Virus record (IMG/VR): IMGVR_UViG_3300031227_000013 | From: a virus | Length of the DNA: 64,000 nt | Direction: 5' to 3' (one strand) | Shown: piece after piece, positions 34,821-45,717 of the stretch | Layout: each line of letters starts with the position of its first letter | How positions within the stretch are numbered: position 1 is the stretch's first letter | Translations under genes and position numbers: made by a program | The notes under the pieces: generated by a model | Databases searched by the model: none | Told to the model about the DNA's origin: nothing | What the model saw: the letters and a program-made list of their open reading frames with translations, nothing else

Positions 34821-35847
34821 TAAGTATGGCTTTCGCTTTATTTAAGAGGTATTTTATAGGAATGTCGTATTTAGCGCTTTCCATGAGCTTCAGGCGCTCT
34901 TCCCTTATTTCCATAGCCAGTTCCGGATATGAGTCTATGCACTCGTCAGAGGCCTCTGCAAGGTGTCCTATGGCGATCCAGATAGATATCCCTATTTCCC
35001 TGTCCAGAAGAGTTAGATTACTCTTTAAATCCATCATTACCTTTCTAAGGTGCTGTACAGATTTATGTTCTAAATCTTTTATGTCTATAATAGCTGTAAG
35101 ATCTTTATGTATCCTTTCAAGATCAGGCTTCCTATCTGCAGGACATACCTCGACAGCCTCTTCTATATGTGTCAGAGCATATTCTACGTGTTCCGGATAT
35201 GTCTGAAGGCTTTCCTTAAGTAAAACATATGCCTGAGCTAAATGCTTTCCGGTACATTCTATACAATCTTCTCTGGGAATTCCTGTCTTATCGTTGATTC
35301 TATTTGTTTCCTGTTTAAGAGATGTAACGTACGGGGCTAATTGACCGTGAATCTCAGCAAGAGGTGTTATATCTATATTCGGGTTTTCTAAAATATACCC
35401 TGATAAAGCCTCTATCAATAATCGTTTCTGACTATTTCTTTTACAATTAGAACAGTTCGGTTTTTCTGTAATTTTTAAAGCTTCTCTAAAGGCTTCTGCC
35501 ATATCTGGAAATAATTCTATTATTTTATCTTTAAAATCCCATATCGTTTTAAAGGGCTGTGGAGGTGCTTCTCCTCTCCTGATAACATATGTATTTTCTT
35601 CATCAGTCTCATATATAGAAAATATACGGATGTGTGCTACTTTTTTTATAACATCTATAGGTATTTCTTTTTCCCCCGAAAACCTAGGCATGTTAGAATG
35701 CTCATCAGTAATAAATTTTTTAGCTTCCAAATCAGCTAATAATATTGGAATATCTGTTATTCTTTTTAATACTTTCATATTAGCTGCCTCGGTTATATTC
35801 CTTTGTTTAAGTATGTTACCAGTCCTTGAAATCGAAATAATCCTCAA
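34795..35847 (-). CDS. Hypothetical protein (CSNC; CIEC..KHL helical repeats)
   Basis: ORF track; 350 aa. Confidence 0.6.
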   Translation of the reverse strand: MRIISISRTGNILKQRNITEAANMKVLKRITDIPILLADLEAKKFITDEHSNMPRFSGEKEIPIDVIKKVAHIRIFSIYETDEENTYVIRRGEAPPQPFKTIWDFKDKIIELFPDMAEAFREALKITEKPNCSNCKRNSQKRLLIEALSGYILENPNIDITPLAEIHGQLAPYVTSLKQETNRINDKTGIPREDCIECTGKHLAQAYVLLKESLQTYPEHVEYALTHIEEAVEVCPADRKPDLERIHKDLTAIIDIKDLEHKSVQHLRKVMMDLKSNLTLLDREIGISIWIAIGHLAEASDECIDSYPELAMEIREERLKLMESAKYDIPIKYLLNKAKAILNVQDKSPE

Positions 35848-36772
35848 ACTTATATACAGCCTGTGCGGTTGTTCCTAAATACCAACCATTACCACCAGTT
35901 ACAGGGGCCGTGCATGTGACTGTCTCAATTTTTCCCATTAACACTGAGGTTATATAAGCACTTGCCGCTATATCAACGCCCGATGCAATTTTCAAATAAT
36001 CGCCCTCACCATAACCAACATAATCATTATTCTCATATACTGCTGGAGTTGGTGCGCCGATTCCACTAAATTGACAATATGCATCGATTGTTGCTATTTC
36101 ACTACGAGTATTTTGAACTTGGTATGTATTACTGTGTCGTGCGATTACCCAACCGCTACTTCTTTTTACAAAATAATGTCCAACCAAAACGCTCTGATTC
36201 CCCCATGGAGCGGCGAACCATTTTATAATTGCTTGTGCCGGTGTTGCGCCTGAAGTTCTACCCTTTACCAGTGCATTAGGGTCTAATAAGCAGTCTTGAG
36301 TTTCATTGGTACTTCTTAAAAGATTTATAATCTTATATTGCTGAACAGCCCAATCAGCATCAACAAACAATCTACCGGGAATTAACCTTGAAACAGCTCC
36401 TATCGCTATCAACATAGTTGCCTCAGACCACATTGGTATAGTTGCTTCATTATCATAATTACCCGGACTTCCAACTGGTAAAGTATGATTTACAAACAAT
36501 GGTATAAGCGCTGTAATCTTTGCCTGAATGGCGGCTTGAATAGCATATAACGTATATAATCTGTGTGTCGTTGATAATAACGCGGTTCCGGTAGCAGTAC
36601 AACGCTCATTCGCGCCAGTAATAATATTATCAAGAACTGAAAACTCAGAGCATAATCGACATTCATTTGTTACAAATATATTAGAATCCCAAGGCATTAT
36701 ACACTCTTTCCTGTTACCAGTGCCGGTCCCGCAATCTGTCGATTTACAGCTGTTATAGCCCCATATGCCCAC
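35816..36772 (-). CDS. Putative virion/tail-tip protein
   Basis: Position in the morphogenesis cluster; Cys-rich N-terminus. Confidence 0.45.
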   Translation of the reverse strand: MGIWGYNSCKSTDCGTGTGNRKECIMPWDSNIFVTNECRLCSEFSVLDNIITGANERCTATGTALLSTTHRLYTLYAIQAAIQAKITALIPLFVNHTLPVGSPGNYDNEATIPMWSEATMLIAIGAVSRLIPGRLFVDADWAVQQYKIINLLRSTNETQDCLLDPNALVKGRTSGATPAQAIIKWFAAPWGNQSVLVGHYFVKRSSGWVIARHSNTYQVQNTRSEIATIDAYCQFSGIGAPTPAVYENNDYVGYGEGDYLKIASGVDIAASAYITSVLMGKIETVTCTAPVTGGNGWYLGTTAQAVYKFEDYFDFKDW

Positions 36773-37593
36773 TCAACCGTTGCTATAATAATCACATCAT
36801 TGCCGTCTTCTAAACCTGTTATTGAATTTTCAAAACTTAATTCCCCTAAATACCCTGAGTCATAAGTCACTGTACATATTACAACTCCTGCCCCTGTTGC
36901 TGTGACAGTATCCTGTGCGACCGCGATAAAATAGTTACCAGCTTTTAAATACCCAATAGCTATTGTAATTTCATTACCTACATACGACAATGAAAAATAA
37001 CCATTATAGAGATCACCAACTTCTTCTAAGCAATGCTCAAATGTTAAAACCTGCGCTTTAGACGATTCATTGGGATATAGATCGCTACATAACTCATTGA
37101 AGTCGTAATAACTCGGAGATAGAATAGCTTTATCATAAGTTTTAGGAGGTGCGGGCTCTATAAATTCATCCCCGGCATATACTTTATTATCATCAACATC
37201 TTTATACCAGGCTCTTCTTTCCCCCGGGGGATCTTCATCTTCGTATTCCCAGCAGGTGCTACAGGTATCTGTCGGCTTCGCTGCGGAAGGGCGTAATGTT
37301 ATTCCACGGGTAGATACAGGAGGTACATCCGGGTATTCGACTTCCAGGTATCCTGTATCTAGTTTATTCTGACAAAGATGTGTATATGCTGTAGGTATAG
37401 GAGTTTCCCGATAATCAGTCCATATTATCTGATCTATAACACTCTCGCATTCGACAGGGACTTTAAGATACTTGTTTCCTGAACAATCCATACAGTATAT
37501 ATGTACCTGCGTAATGCCCAGACATCCATATCCATCAGGATATCCTACTACATCCCCATAGCCTGTTCTATATTCTGCAATTCTTCCACTCAT
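36697..37593 (-). CDS. Putative virion/tail-tip protein
   Basis: Position in the morphogenesis cluster; acidic, Cys-containing. Confidence 0.45.
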   Translation of the reverse strand: MSGRIAEYRTGYGDVVGYPDGYGCLGITQVHIYCMDCSGNKYLKVPVECESVIDQIIWTDYRETPIPTAYTHLCQNKLDTGYLEVEYPDVPPVSTRGITLRPSAAKPTDTCSTCWEYEDEDPPGERRAWYKDVDDNKVYAGDEFIEPAPPKTYDKAILSPSYYDFNELCSDLYPNESSKAQVLTFEHCLEEVGDLYNGYFSLSYVGNEITIAIGYLKAGNYFIAVAQDTVTATGAGVVICTVTYDSGYLGELSFENSITGLEDGNDVIIIATVEWAYGAITAVNRQIAGPALVTGKSV

Positions 37594-37594
37594 G

Positions 37595-38413
37595 TTAAAT
37601 CATCTCTATCTTAAGTTCTCCGTCTCCCGGTACAAAGAATACAGAAGGGCTGTGTTCAAAAGGTATATCTCCATCTTCGTTAGGGAGTATTCCGTTTATA
37701 GATATAATCCCTGTAGCATCCGCCTCCCATACCGGTCCCACATCCCACATATTGTCCGGAGCCAGCCCCAGCCCGTTACTGACGTTTCCATCTATATCCA
37801 GTATATTACTTGCTTTACCGTACCTCAAAGTCACGTTATACCCCGAATTAATTTTTATAGCAGCGGGAGCATCAAATGTTTTAAGATGGGTATTAGCCAA
37901 ATCTATCCTGTCCTGAGTATTATAATTTCTATATTCATTTACAAACGATACAGACTTAATTGTCCTGTTGAACCAGAAATTCCTCGCAGGCTCTATTTCG
38001 TATGCTTCTGTAGCTATAGTAAGATCGCCTGTCTGATAGGTTAATTTATCGTTAAAAACTATATAGCTTTCAGTTTCTTCCGTATTCGAATTATTATATC
38101 CCACCACCCCCTCTGTATCTTTAAGAATAGTAAAAGTAGATAAATAAACATCTTCGTCCCCGTCGTCTTTTTCGTATATAGATTCAAATACATACACTGT
38201 TTTAGGAACAGGAGGAAATCCCGGCACGACTATTTGAGTTATCGATTTTAATATTGTATACGCTTTTTTATACGAAGTACCTGTTGCTCTTGTGGATGAA
38301 GGAACTCCCTGTACCTGAAATCTGGCGTCCAGTATACCTGCTATATATTTTCTGTCCGGAACTTCCGGTACAAAAGGATAGGATATGTCAGATGTTGTCA
38401 GTCTATTAGGCAT
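37595..38413 (-). CDS. Tail-tip paralogue 5 (YPF / SINGILPNEDGD motifs)
   Basis: Motifs shared with the four upstream genes. Confidence 0.55.
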   Translation of the reverse strand: MPNRLTTSDISYPFVPEVPDRKYIAGILDARFQVQGVPSSTRATGTSYKKAYTILKSITQIVVPGFPPVPKTVYVFESIYEKDDGDEDVYLSTFTILKDTEGVVGYNNSNTEETESYIVFNDKLTYQTGDLTIATEAYEIEPARNFWFNRTIKSVSFVNEYRNYNTQDRIDLANTHLKTFDAPAAIKINSGYNVTLRYGKASNILDIDGNVSNGLGLAPDNMWDVGPVWEADATGIISINGILPNEDGDIPFEHSPSVFFVPGDGELKIEMI

Positions 38414-39119
38414 CGCTTATTTTCCATATTTTTATAGCGCTTCCTGTTGTCTCTACTTTCAGAGGAGAGTTGGGGTGTGCCGCCAACCATACATGCTTAA
38501 AAGGTATTCCGTTTACCGTTTTTATAGGCCTGCGAATCACTTCTTCCTCTCCCAGTAGATGTATGAATATCTCTCCGCTCTCCTCAGTAAAATGTACTCC
38601 GTTCGCTCCCACTATATATACTTTATCAGAATAGCTGCTGTTCCCGGATTCGATAACAGATAAACCCGTCGATCTTGTAACATAGCATCTTTCTGCTAAG
38701 AAGGAGGTCTGGTTTTTAATAAACTGGTATTTTAAAGAATTCACTCGCTGTACTAACTGCGACATCGGTGCGGGCTGATATACCAGAGTACCGCTCAGTC
38801 TGTTATATGTGTCATACAGATAAGATGTGTCTATAGGGGCTGCATCTGTTCCGTAATCAACAAGACCTGTACACACTACTTTATTGTTATTATCTTTCAC
38901 AGTCATCTGCATCTGTGTGTCAGTACCTATCGAGCCATCCAGTTCGGCTATAAAAAAGGGAAGAGTCACATCCAGTACAGAATATATAACAGCATCCAGA
39001 AACACATCTGTATTAATAACAATACCCTGTGAATTTACCAGAAGGGAAGTATCCTGAAAAGGGTACATACACTCTTCGGACCAGTCTCTGAATTCTCTAT
39101 CTAATATTGTATTATGCAT
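38406..39119 (-). CDS. Tail-tip paralogue 4 (YPFQD / TVNGIP)
   Basis: Shared motifs. Confidence 0.55.
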   Translation of the reverse strand: MHNTILDREFRDWSEECMYPFQDTSLLVNSQGIVINTDVFLDAVIYSVLDVTLPFFIAELDGSIGTDTQMQMTVKDNNNKVVCTGLVDYGTDAAPIDTSYLYDTYNRLSGTLVYQPAPMSQLVQRVNSLKYQFIKNQTSFLAERCYVTRSTGLSVIESGNSSYSDKVYIVGANGVHFTEESGEIFIHLLGEEEVIRRPIKTVNGIPFKHVWLAAHPNSPLKVETTGSAIKIWKISDA

Positions 39120-40072
39120 TATTCACTTGTACTTTCATCATCACAGCCACAATCTTCTTCCAGATATTGTGGTTTTAATCCCTCTACGACCGAGTCCAGA
39201 GGAAGTCCGTCTTCAATATCTATACCTTCATCACACCTACCGTGCTTAATTTTTGTAAGAGGGTTACTTTCATTACAGACACCCATCCCCACCCCATCCT
39301 CTGAACTCGTCGATTCAGCTTCAGGATGCAGTAACAGCCCTATGAAAGTTCCTCCGGTAGTAATATCTAAAGTGGAACCCACATTAACATCAGGCGATTC
39401 TATATCAACATTATAAGCTATGTCAGGAGATACTCCCCCAATACTGGTAGCTGGAGAAAGAGTCTGTTGAGTACTTTCAGTAAACCCGCCATATATAGTA
39501 TTCAGAGGTACGTTCCCATCGTCCCGACTTAGTACTAGACATTTTTTAGTTGCTGTACCTCCCGGAATACCTGTCAGAACACGATCCTCTTCTGTTATAC
39601 GTATATATGGATTGTTAACTGATATCTTAAGACTGCCTGTTATATCCTCATAAGAGAAACCATCTATTTCCAGAGTATCAAAAAAACTAGTCGATGTCGG
39701 TTTTTTCAGTACAATTGTCTGATCAGGTTCTAAATCCAGTTTTCTATTTTCATAAGGGACACTTTTACCGGGCCCTAATACTACCCATCCGAAAGAACCA
39801 TCCATTGTGGCTGTCATTTCATATATCCTGAATATATAGGGTCTGGATACTGCTACATGCCCTACAGCTAGTCCGGAGACAGAATCCTCAATCGCCATAA
39901 AGAACATAGTCGGAGTCACAGATATCGCAGTTATTATCGGGTTTACGGTATCAGGCACCGACAATGACATATCCAGTACAATATTATCCGGCACATCATA
40001 TTCATGTGTGTCGTCGAAAGGATATTTAATATTCGAATTCGAAGAATATAGTTGTTGTTTATCTAATCCCAT
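39119..40072 (-). CDS. Tail-tip paralogue 3 (YPFDD / SIGGVSPD)
   Basis: Shared motifs. Confidence 0.55.
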   Translation of the reverse strand: MGLDKQQLYSSNSNIKYPFDDTHEYDVPDNIVLDMSLSVPDTVNPIITAISVTPTMFFMAIEDSVSGLAVGHVAVSRPYIFRIYEMTATMDGSFGWVVLGPGKSVPYENRKLDLEPDQTIVLKKPTSTSFFDTLEIDGFSYEDITGSLKISVNNPYIRITEEDRVLTGIPGGTATKKCLVLSRDDGNVPLNTIYGGFTESTQQTLSPATSIGGVSPDIAYNVDIESPDVNVGSTLDITTGGTFIGLLLHPEAESTSSEDGVGMGVCNESNPLTKIKHGRCDEGIDIEDGLPLDSVVEGLKPQYLEEDCGCDDESTSE

Positions 40073-41046
40073 ATCGATCTATTTATAACCACCATTTTGT
40101 TCGTATTAAATGTTGTATTATGAGTTCCTATTCCTGTGCCGTCAGGCATGGTCAGGGAAAAATTAACTGTTACCCGTGTATCTGTATCAGTGTAATAAGG
40201 GCTTAGACTTCCTGCATAAAAGCGTATACCAGCCCCAGGAGCCATTGTGGACGTTGTTGTCAGTTTAGCAGTGTTAGCGGGCCCCCCGCCTCCACCGCCG
40301 TCAGCGGTCGTTGTAACGGTAACTGAGCCCTGTATAGCAGTATCTATAACAAATGCTTTTGTATTAGCAGGGGCTCCTGAAAAATTCATAGACATCTCTA
40401 AACCTGCCGCAATAGTATCCAAGGTATGATTTATAAACTTACAGGAAGAATGTATTTCCTGCCCCTTGGCTTCAGCGTTATATCTCCAGCTCTTAAGATG
40501 AACTATGTAATTCCAGGTTTCCAGAAGTTCCATATATTTATCAAGCATTCCCTCTGGATTTTCCACCGAGGTAAGTTGACTGTCTATAGCAGTCTGAACT
40601 GTTTCTACATTGGTCTGTAATTCATCATAGTCTGCACAGTCTACACATGCCGGACAAGTATCATATACAGATAAGGTATGTCTAACTCCTTCCGGAACTA
40701 TATTATTCCCGAACTGCCCGAAATGATAGCAGTAGTCCACGGTAAGAAAAAAAGCTCCATCAACAGTACCAGCCTGATTAATCTTAGACATCCAGTACGG
40801 AGCTCCTGTAAATAACCCTCCCCCACTGATAATCTGATCGAATTTAGCTTTTGTAACAGCATTATCTGTTCCCAGCCCTGATCCTGCAGTAAGGACTATT
40901 TCGTCCTCTTCAACCTCCATCTCCATATTGATACCGGCCTCCATTACAATATTAGAGCCTATTGTGACAATATTGCCTAAGTCATCTTTTTTTTCGATTC
41001 CGTCGGCATCGACAAATTTTATGGATGTTATGTAATTATGAGACAT
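40063..41046 (-). CDS. Tail-tip paralogue 2 (CPACVDC followed by coiled coil)
   Basis: Shares the C-terminal half architecture with 41047..42006. Confidence 0.5.
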   Translation of the reverse strand: MSHNYITSIKFVDADGIEKKDDLGNIVTIGSNIVMEAGINMEMEVEEDEIVLTAGSGLGTDNAVTKAKFDQIISGGGLFTGAPYWMSKINQAGTVDGAFFLTVDYCYHFGQFGNNIVPEGVRHTLSVYDTCPACVDCADYDELQTNVETVQTAIDSQLTSVENPEGMLDKYMELLETWNYIVHLKSWRYNAEAKGQEIHSSCKFINHTLDTIAAGLEMSMNFSGAPANTKAFVIDTAIQGSVTVTTTADGGGGGGPANTAKLTTTSTMAPGAGIRFYAGSLSPYYTDTDTRVTVNFSLTMPDGTGIGTHNTTFNTNKMVVINRSIWD

Positions 41047-42006
41047 TTAGAAATATCCTGTCTGTGCTTCCAGTAACGCCAGTCTAGCTTGTATCTGACT
41101 GATGTTGGTATCTGTAGCGGTGTAGAAATCAACAAGTCGGGCGTATCTGACGTTTATCTGATTTAACGCTTCATATGCGGCATCCAGATAATCCGTATCA
41201 CAGCAGGGTGTACTGCATGGGTTGCTTATATTTACTCCATTGGTAATATTACCTACTACTACACAATCCTCTCCTTCGATAATAAAATTACCGGAACTGT
41301 CCGGGTCTATACCGTTAACTGTAACAATAGGGGCCCCGTATATATCAGTAATAGCATCTATAATATCGGCATCGGTTTCCAGTTTTATATCGGAAGATGT
41401 TGAAGAAAGTCGGGCGGATACTACAATAGTTGTTGTATCTGTAACAGCATCGTAGGTGGGAGTGAAAATAACGTTGGTTCCTTCTTTGAAAACAACATTG
41501 TTTATAAATCTTTCGGTACCTACCTGTATAGACCTGACCTGTGACAGCCCCTCATCAATAGTTGTCGCCGAGAGAGCTGTAGCTGTTTCATCAAATTCCC
41601 AGGACCCCGGCTCTGTAACAGCTGCTACATTAGTTCCTATAGTCACGGAACCTGACATATCTGTAAAGAACTGATCGCTTAACTGATCCTGAGGGAGAGC
41701 TACAAAGGTGTAGTCTGTATTTACATTAGCTCCTGTATCTATATTGAAGAAAGATCCCAGAGCATACGCAAGTTCCGCGGTAGGTTTATAAGATATCCCT
41801 ATATCCACAGTATATCTGCGTATAACCAGAGACGCTACAAAGAATGTACCTGCGCTTAAGCTTCCCGAAGGAACAGCTAATTGCATATCCACCATCAAAG
41901 AGGTGGGGACATTCATAGAGTCCGTCAGATCACGGGCGTTAAGAGCGTCCTGTATAGGATAATTGCGATGGGAGTTTTCGTTTAAAAATTCTGTAAGTGT
42001 AGGCAT
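41047..42006 (-). CDS. Tail-tip paralogue 1 (RNYPIQD / TVNGIDPDSSGN / PCSTPCC followed by coiled coil)
   Basis: Shared motifs. Confidence 0.55.
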   Translation of the reverse strand: MPTLTEFLNENSHRNYPIQDALNARDLTDSMNVPTSLMVDMQLAVPSGSLSAGTFFVASLVIRRYTVDIGISYKPTAELAYALGSFFNIDTGANVNTDYTFVALPQDQLSDQFFTDMSGSVTIGTNVAAVTEPGSWEFDETATALSATTIDEGLSQVRSIQVGTERFINNVVFKEGTNVIFTPTYDAVTDTTTIVVSARLSSTSSDIKLETDADIIDAITDIYGAPIVTVNGIDPDSSGNFIIEGEDCVVVGNITNGVNISNPCSTPCCDTDYLDAAYEALNQINVRYARLVDFYTATDTNISQIQARLALLEAQTGYF

Positions 42007-42017
42007 GTAGGCTCCTG

Positions 42018-43598
42018 TTATGCATCGTAGATTATAATGCCCTGTCTTACTACAAGATAATCGTAGGCAGTTGCGTTATCAAGGGATATTTTATACTGTA
42101 CCTGATCTTCAGATGTAATACTGATCCGATCGGAAACAGCAGCTTCCATAAGATAATATTTAGTATGGACAGTTGCTCCTACGTAAGTCATAGTATATGT
42201 AGTTGGAACAGTAGGAACTGTCTGCGGAGTGGTTGTAGGTGATGGATAAATTAATACCTCTACCGAGATAGTTGGAAGGGCTGTTCCACCGTCAGGGCCC
42301 CGCATCCATAACCATACAGCTACCTTTTTAGCAGCGGTCGCTGTCCATTTAGAAGCGGTAGCTACTCCCATCATAGAGGACTCTCTACTTGCCGGGAAGG
42401 CTGTGTATATAGCTCCGTCCACTGTATATTCAAGAGCGTTATTAAGATTCAATAACTGAGCATCCATATACTTAGAGGAGAAATCAGTAAGAGCCAGTTC
42501 AATAATACCCTGCCCTGCTACAGTAGCAGAGGAGCTTACTAATGACAGCCCTTCTCCGGCAATTACCTGTTCTACAACAAACCCCCTGCTTTTAGCATTG
42601 GCATTTGTAATATCTTTAACTACATTATATCCGGCAACTGCTCCGGTAGCTACAAAGTCTTTCTTATCCACGGTAGCCAGCCCGTTCACCAGAGTAACAT
42701 CCAGAACATCTGTAGTGGTAGACTGAATAGCCCTCACAATATTAGGTCCGTGTGAGTTAGGGGCTGTTAGCCACATATAAACATCGTCTGCGGGGGCTGT
42801 TGTATCCAACCACCACACGTTATCTTCGTTTATAACAATAAGTGTTTCAGGGATATTAGCCGCTGTTAATACATAGGTGTATGCAGCTATTCCCGGGTAA
42901 AGTGTAAAAATTTCTTTAACTGCTGTGGAAGCATTTGTAAGATCATACCCGAAGTCAGCTCCTGCAGGAATATCCATATCCGGAAAGTTACCCACTGACG
43001 CTGCGATCCACAGAGAATCATCTAAAGTATATTTTTTATGATCATGTGTTGAATGCTCGTAACGTACTGTCGGCAACCATACATTACCATTACCGTCGTA
43101 CGTTACAGTCTGTATAGCCAGTGCCGGAGTAGTTTGAGTTACCTGCCCCGCGACGGAGCCTGAAAGATAGTAGGTTCCTGCGGTAGGAGTCGCTGTACCG
43201 AATAGATTAGCTAAATTAGCGAAATCTCTAAGATATCCGTTTAATACAAGAGACCCTGTATTACTGGTTAATTTTGTTACTAGAATACCTATCACAGCTG
43301 CTGATTCGGCAGGTTTTAAAGTGCCGTCTGAATTAAGCAGAGTATCGTTCCATTGAGCCAGTGCCGGAGTAAACATATTAGTGGTAGAATTCCAATACAC
43401 CAGAGTTCCAGCTACTGTAGCTGTAGATACCGCAACTGTTTTTACATATGTAAATTCGGAAGAATAATCATCGTTCTGTATAGAACGGAGATAGTCTGTT
43501 CTTTCCGCTAAATCGTTTATAGGTTTATTAACTACGGAAGCTTTAACCTGATCTGTCTCAGCTATCTGAGTAATTGTCTGTTTCCAAGATGCTACCAT
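42018..43598 (-). CDS. Putative tail fibre / baseplate-distal protein
   Basis: N-terminal VVNKPINDLAERTDYL, typical of tail-fibre attachment segments; Thr/Ala-rich. Confidence 0.5.
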   Translation of the reverse strand: MVASWKQTITQIAETDQVKASVVNKPINDLAERTDYLRSIQNDDYSSEFTYVKTVAVSTATVAGTLVYWNSTTNMFTPALAQWNDTLLNSDGTLKPAESAAVIGILVTKLTSNTGSLVLNGYLRDFANLANLFGTATPTAGTYYLSGSVAGQVTQTTPALAIQTVTYDGNGNVWLPTVRYEHSTHDHKKYTLDDSLWIAASVGNFPDMDIPAGADFGYDLTNASTAVKEIFTLYPGIAAYTYVLTAANIPETLIVINEDNVWWLDTTAPADDVYMWLTAPNSHGPNIVRAIQSTTTDVLDVTLVNGLATVDKKDFVATGAVAGYNVVKDITNANAKSRGFVVEQVIAGEGLSLVSSSATVAGQGIIELALTDFSSKYMDAQLLNLNNALEYTVDGAIYTAFPASRESSMMGVATASKWTATAAKKVAVWLWMRGPDGGTALPTISVEVLIYPSPTTTPQTVPTVPTTYTMTYVGATVHTKYYLMEAAVSDRISITSEDQVQYKISLDNATAYDYLVVRQGIIIYDA

Positions 43599-43608
43599 TT
43601 TAATCTCC

Positions 43609-44160
43609 TTACGCGGATACGAATGTTATAGTCCAGCGGATACCTATCTGAGCTCCCGCTATCTTAGTGATTTCCGTAGTCAGATCTGAACAGCTGAATA
43701 TTTTATCTTCGTCCTGAGCCGCTCCTTCTACTGAGGCTACAAGGGCTGAATGGTAAAATACTGAGGTACCATCTGTGACAGGTACAGAGGGAACTTGAGT
43801 TGTTCCATCTGTTATACCCAGGAATACAACTTTATTATTAACATAATTAGATGTAGAGGCTGAATAAACAGGTTCCCCTATAGTTGAAACTCTTACAAAA
43901 CTTCTGTTAGGAGAAGTAGCGGCATAAGTTGCTGCATCATTTGCAAGACCTTCTGATATCCGGACAGCTGCCGGGTCATTCTCAAAAACCAGATACATCA
44001 GATTAATATTTAAGTCTCCTGCGAGTGCTTTAGCTAAAACATCCGAACCATCATAGGCTATAAGATTATGCTGTTTGTAATTAAAAGTCCAGACATCGTC
44101 CTGAACACTATACAGTTCTATCTCGCCCTTCATATGAGTGTGTTTAAAAGTATCATTCAT
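43609..44160 (-). CDS. Putative tail collar / baseplate accessory protein
   Basis: MKGEIELY...HNLIAYDG...ITKIAGAQIGIRWTITF pattern; position after the baseplate wedge genes. Confidence 0.45.
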   Translation of the reverse strand: MNDTFKHTHMKGEIELYSVQDDVWTFNYKQHNLIAYDGSDVLAKALAGDLNINLMYLVFENDPAAVRISEGLANDAATYAATSPNRSFVRVSTIGEPVYSASTSNYVNNKVVFLGITDGTTQVPSVPVTDGTSVFYHSALVASVEGAAQDEDKIFSCSDLTTEITKIAGAQIGIRWTITFVSA

Positions 44161-44161
44161 T

Positions 44162-45715
44162 TTAAATTGAAGTCTTTCTAGTTACGTTATCTGTAATATT
44201 AGTGCTGGAATAACTGTCTGAAACGCCCTGCGTGTGAAACGCTTCCACAGTTTCCGATATGTTGGAAGCATTATACGTTAATGTACTCCCAGCTTCCATA
44301 AAAGTCAACATTGTTGTGTACGCGGGAATAGTAAATTTGATATATGTCAGAAAAACAGCCGGATCAATATTATCTGGAACATATTCCGTACTGAGGGTAA
44401 CAAAGAAAGCGTTGTTTAGAAACGCCCTCTGCTGATACTCTGTAAATAGGTTGATAGTATCAGGAACTTTATTGTTATTATCCTCTATAATAATATCTGT
44501 CAGGTCTCTCCCTAGAGAGGCTGACAGCCCTAGTAAATGATTATTGAAAGCAAGGACTGTTGAATCCCGCCCCTTAAAAGGAAGAGAACCTCCTCTGGAG
44601 GTGACAAATGTATATGTAAGAGTTGCATCGCTTACCAGCAAATCTATAATAAACCCACTGACATTATCAGCCAGATATGTATATGCAGTGGCTGATATAT
44701 CTTCGACATAAAAATACCCTGTACCGTCACTGACCAGAATATTATCTTCGGCAGAGGGGAAAGGATAATCTATATTCTCAACCATTACCCCGTCTGTAAA
44801 ACTATCATCCAGAAAGTTATTACTGAGATGTAACGCAGGAAACGAGGAATAAGGTATATCGTCCCGTCCCGTGAATACCTGTACAGAATCAAATATCATT
44901 TCCCCGTCAGTTATTGTATCTAATATATCCTTGGTTATTGATACCCCTGTTGGGGCTGAATAAAGGTTACTACCTATCTCAGCCCATATACGCCCTCCTT
45001 CTGTAAAGGTTCTTGTGTATGTACCTCCGGTAGTAATAAAATCTGTATCCACGGAATGGCATAAAAGTTTATTGACATTATTTATAGTTCCGCCTTCTAC
45101 CCGTAAATCCCATATATCATTAACTATCTTTTTAAAATATTCGGAAGAGTCTCCACCTATTCTAACAACCTCTCCATAGATATCTTCAACATCCTTAAAA
45201 TCTTTATTAGCGCCGAAGAACCACATACTTATACCCAAAATAGGTTCTCCTGATGTATCTATAAACCGTTTATCGAATCCCATATTAAAAGGATTGTCTC
45301 TAAAAAATATTAAATTACGGTCATTATCCACATAATAGTCCACATTACTTTCGAGGACTATTTCAGGGTTTTTAGGACCGGACATTATAAAAGGAATCTT
45401 TTCTATATTTGAATCTATCGGGAAGGTAAAATAATTATGCAGTCGATCTCCGAAATTATAGAGTCCATTAAAATATACAGCTTCCTGATTGAACTGCATA
45501 GCATCCTGATTCATATCATCTTCATCGTACGTGACATAAATCCACTTCTGTTTTCGATAGACATCTATTGTATGTCTGGATAGAGCATTATATAAAGTAG
45601 CTGTATCCAGAGTCTGCTGATCATACATATCCTCTGTGCCTGATAGCAGAGCATTTATAAATAGAGAGTCCGTAAAGATCTGAGTCCAGAATTTAGATAT
45701 ATATTGTTCGAGCAT
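44162..45715 (-). CDS. Baseplate wedge protein (gp7/gpI-like position)
   Basis: Synteny after the baseplate J-like gene; terminal IKFTIPAYT resembles the ..KPAHT ending of such proteins. Confidence 0.5.
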   Translation of the reverse strand: MLEQYISKFWTQIFTDSLFINALLSGTEDMYDQQTLDTATLYNALSRHTIDVYRKQKWIYVTYDEDDMNQDAMQFNQEAVYFNGLYNFGDRLHNYFTFPIDSNIEKIPFIMSGPKNPEIVLESNVDYYVDNDRNLIFFRDNPFNMGFDKRFIDTSGEPILGISMWFFGANKDFKDVEDIYGEVVRIGGDSSEYFKKIVNDIWDLRVEGGTINNVNKLLCHSVDTDFITTGGTYTRTFTEGGRIWAEIGSNLYSAPTGVSITKDILDTITDGEMIFDSVQVFTGRDDIPYSSFPALHLSNNFLDDSFTDGVMVENIDYPFPSAEDNILVSDGTGYFYVEDISATAYTYLADNVSGFIIDLLVSDATLTYTFVTSRGGSLPFKGRDSTVLAFNNHLLGLSASLGRDLTDIIIEDNNNKVPDTINLFTEYQQRAFLNNAFFVTLSTEYVPDNIDPAVFLTYIKFTIPAYTTMLTFMEAGSTLTYNASNISETVEAFHTQGVSDSYSSTNITDNVTRKTSI

Positions 45716-45717
45716 TT

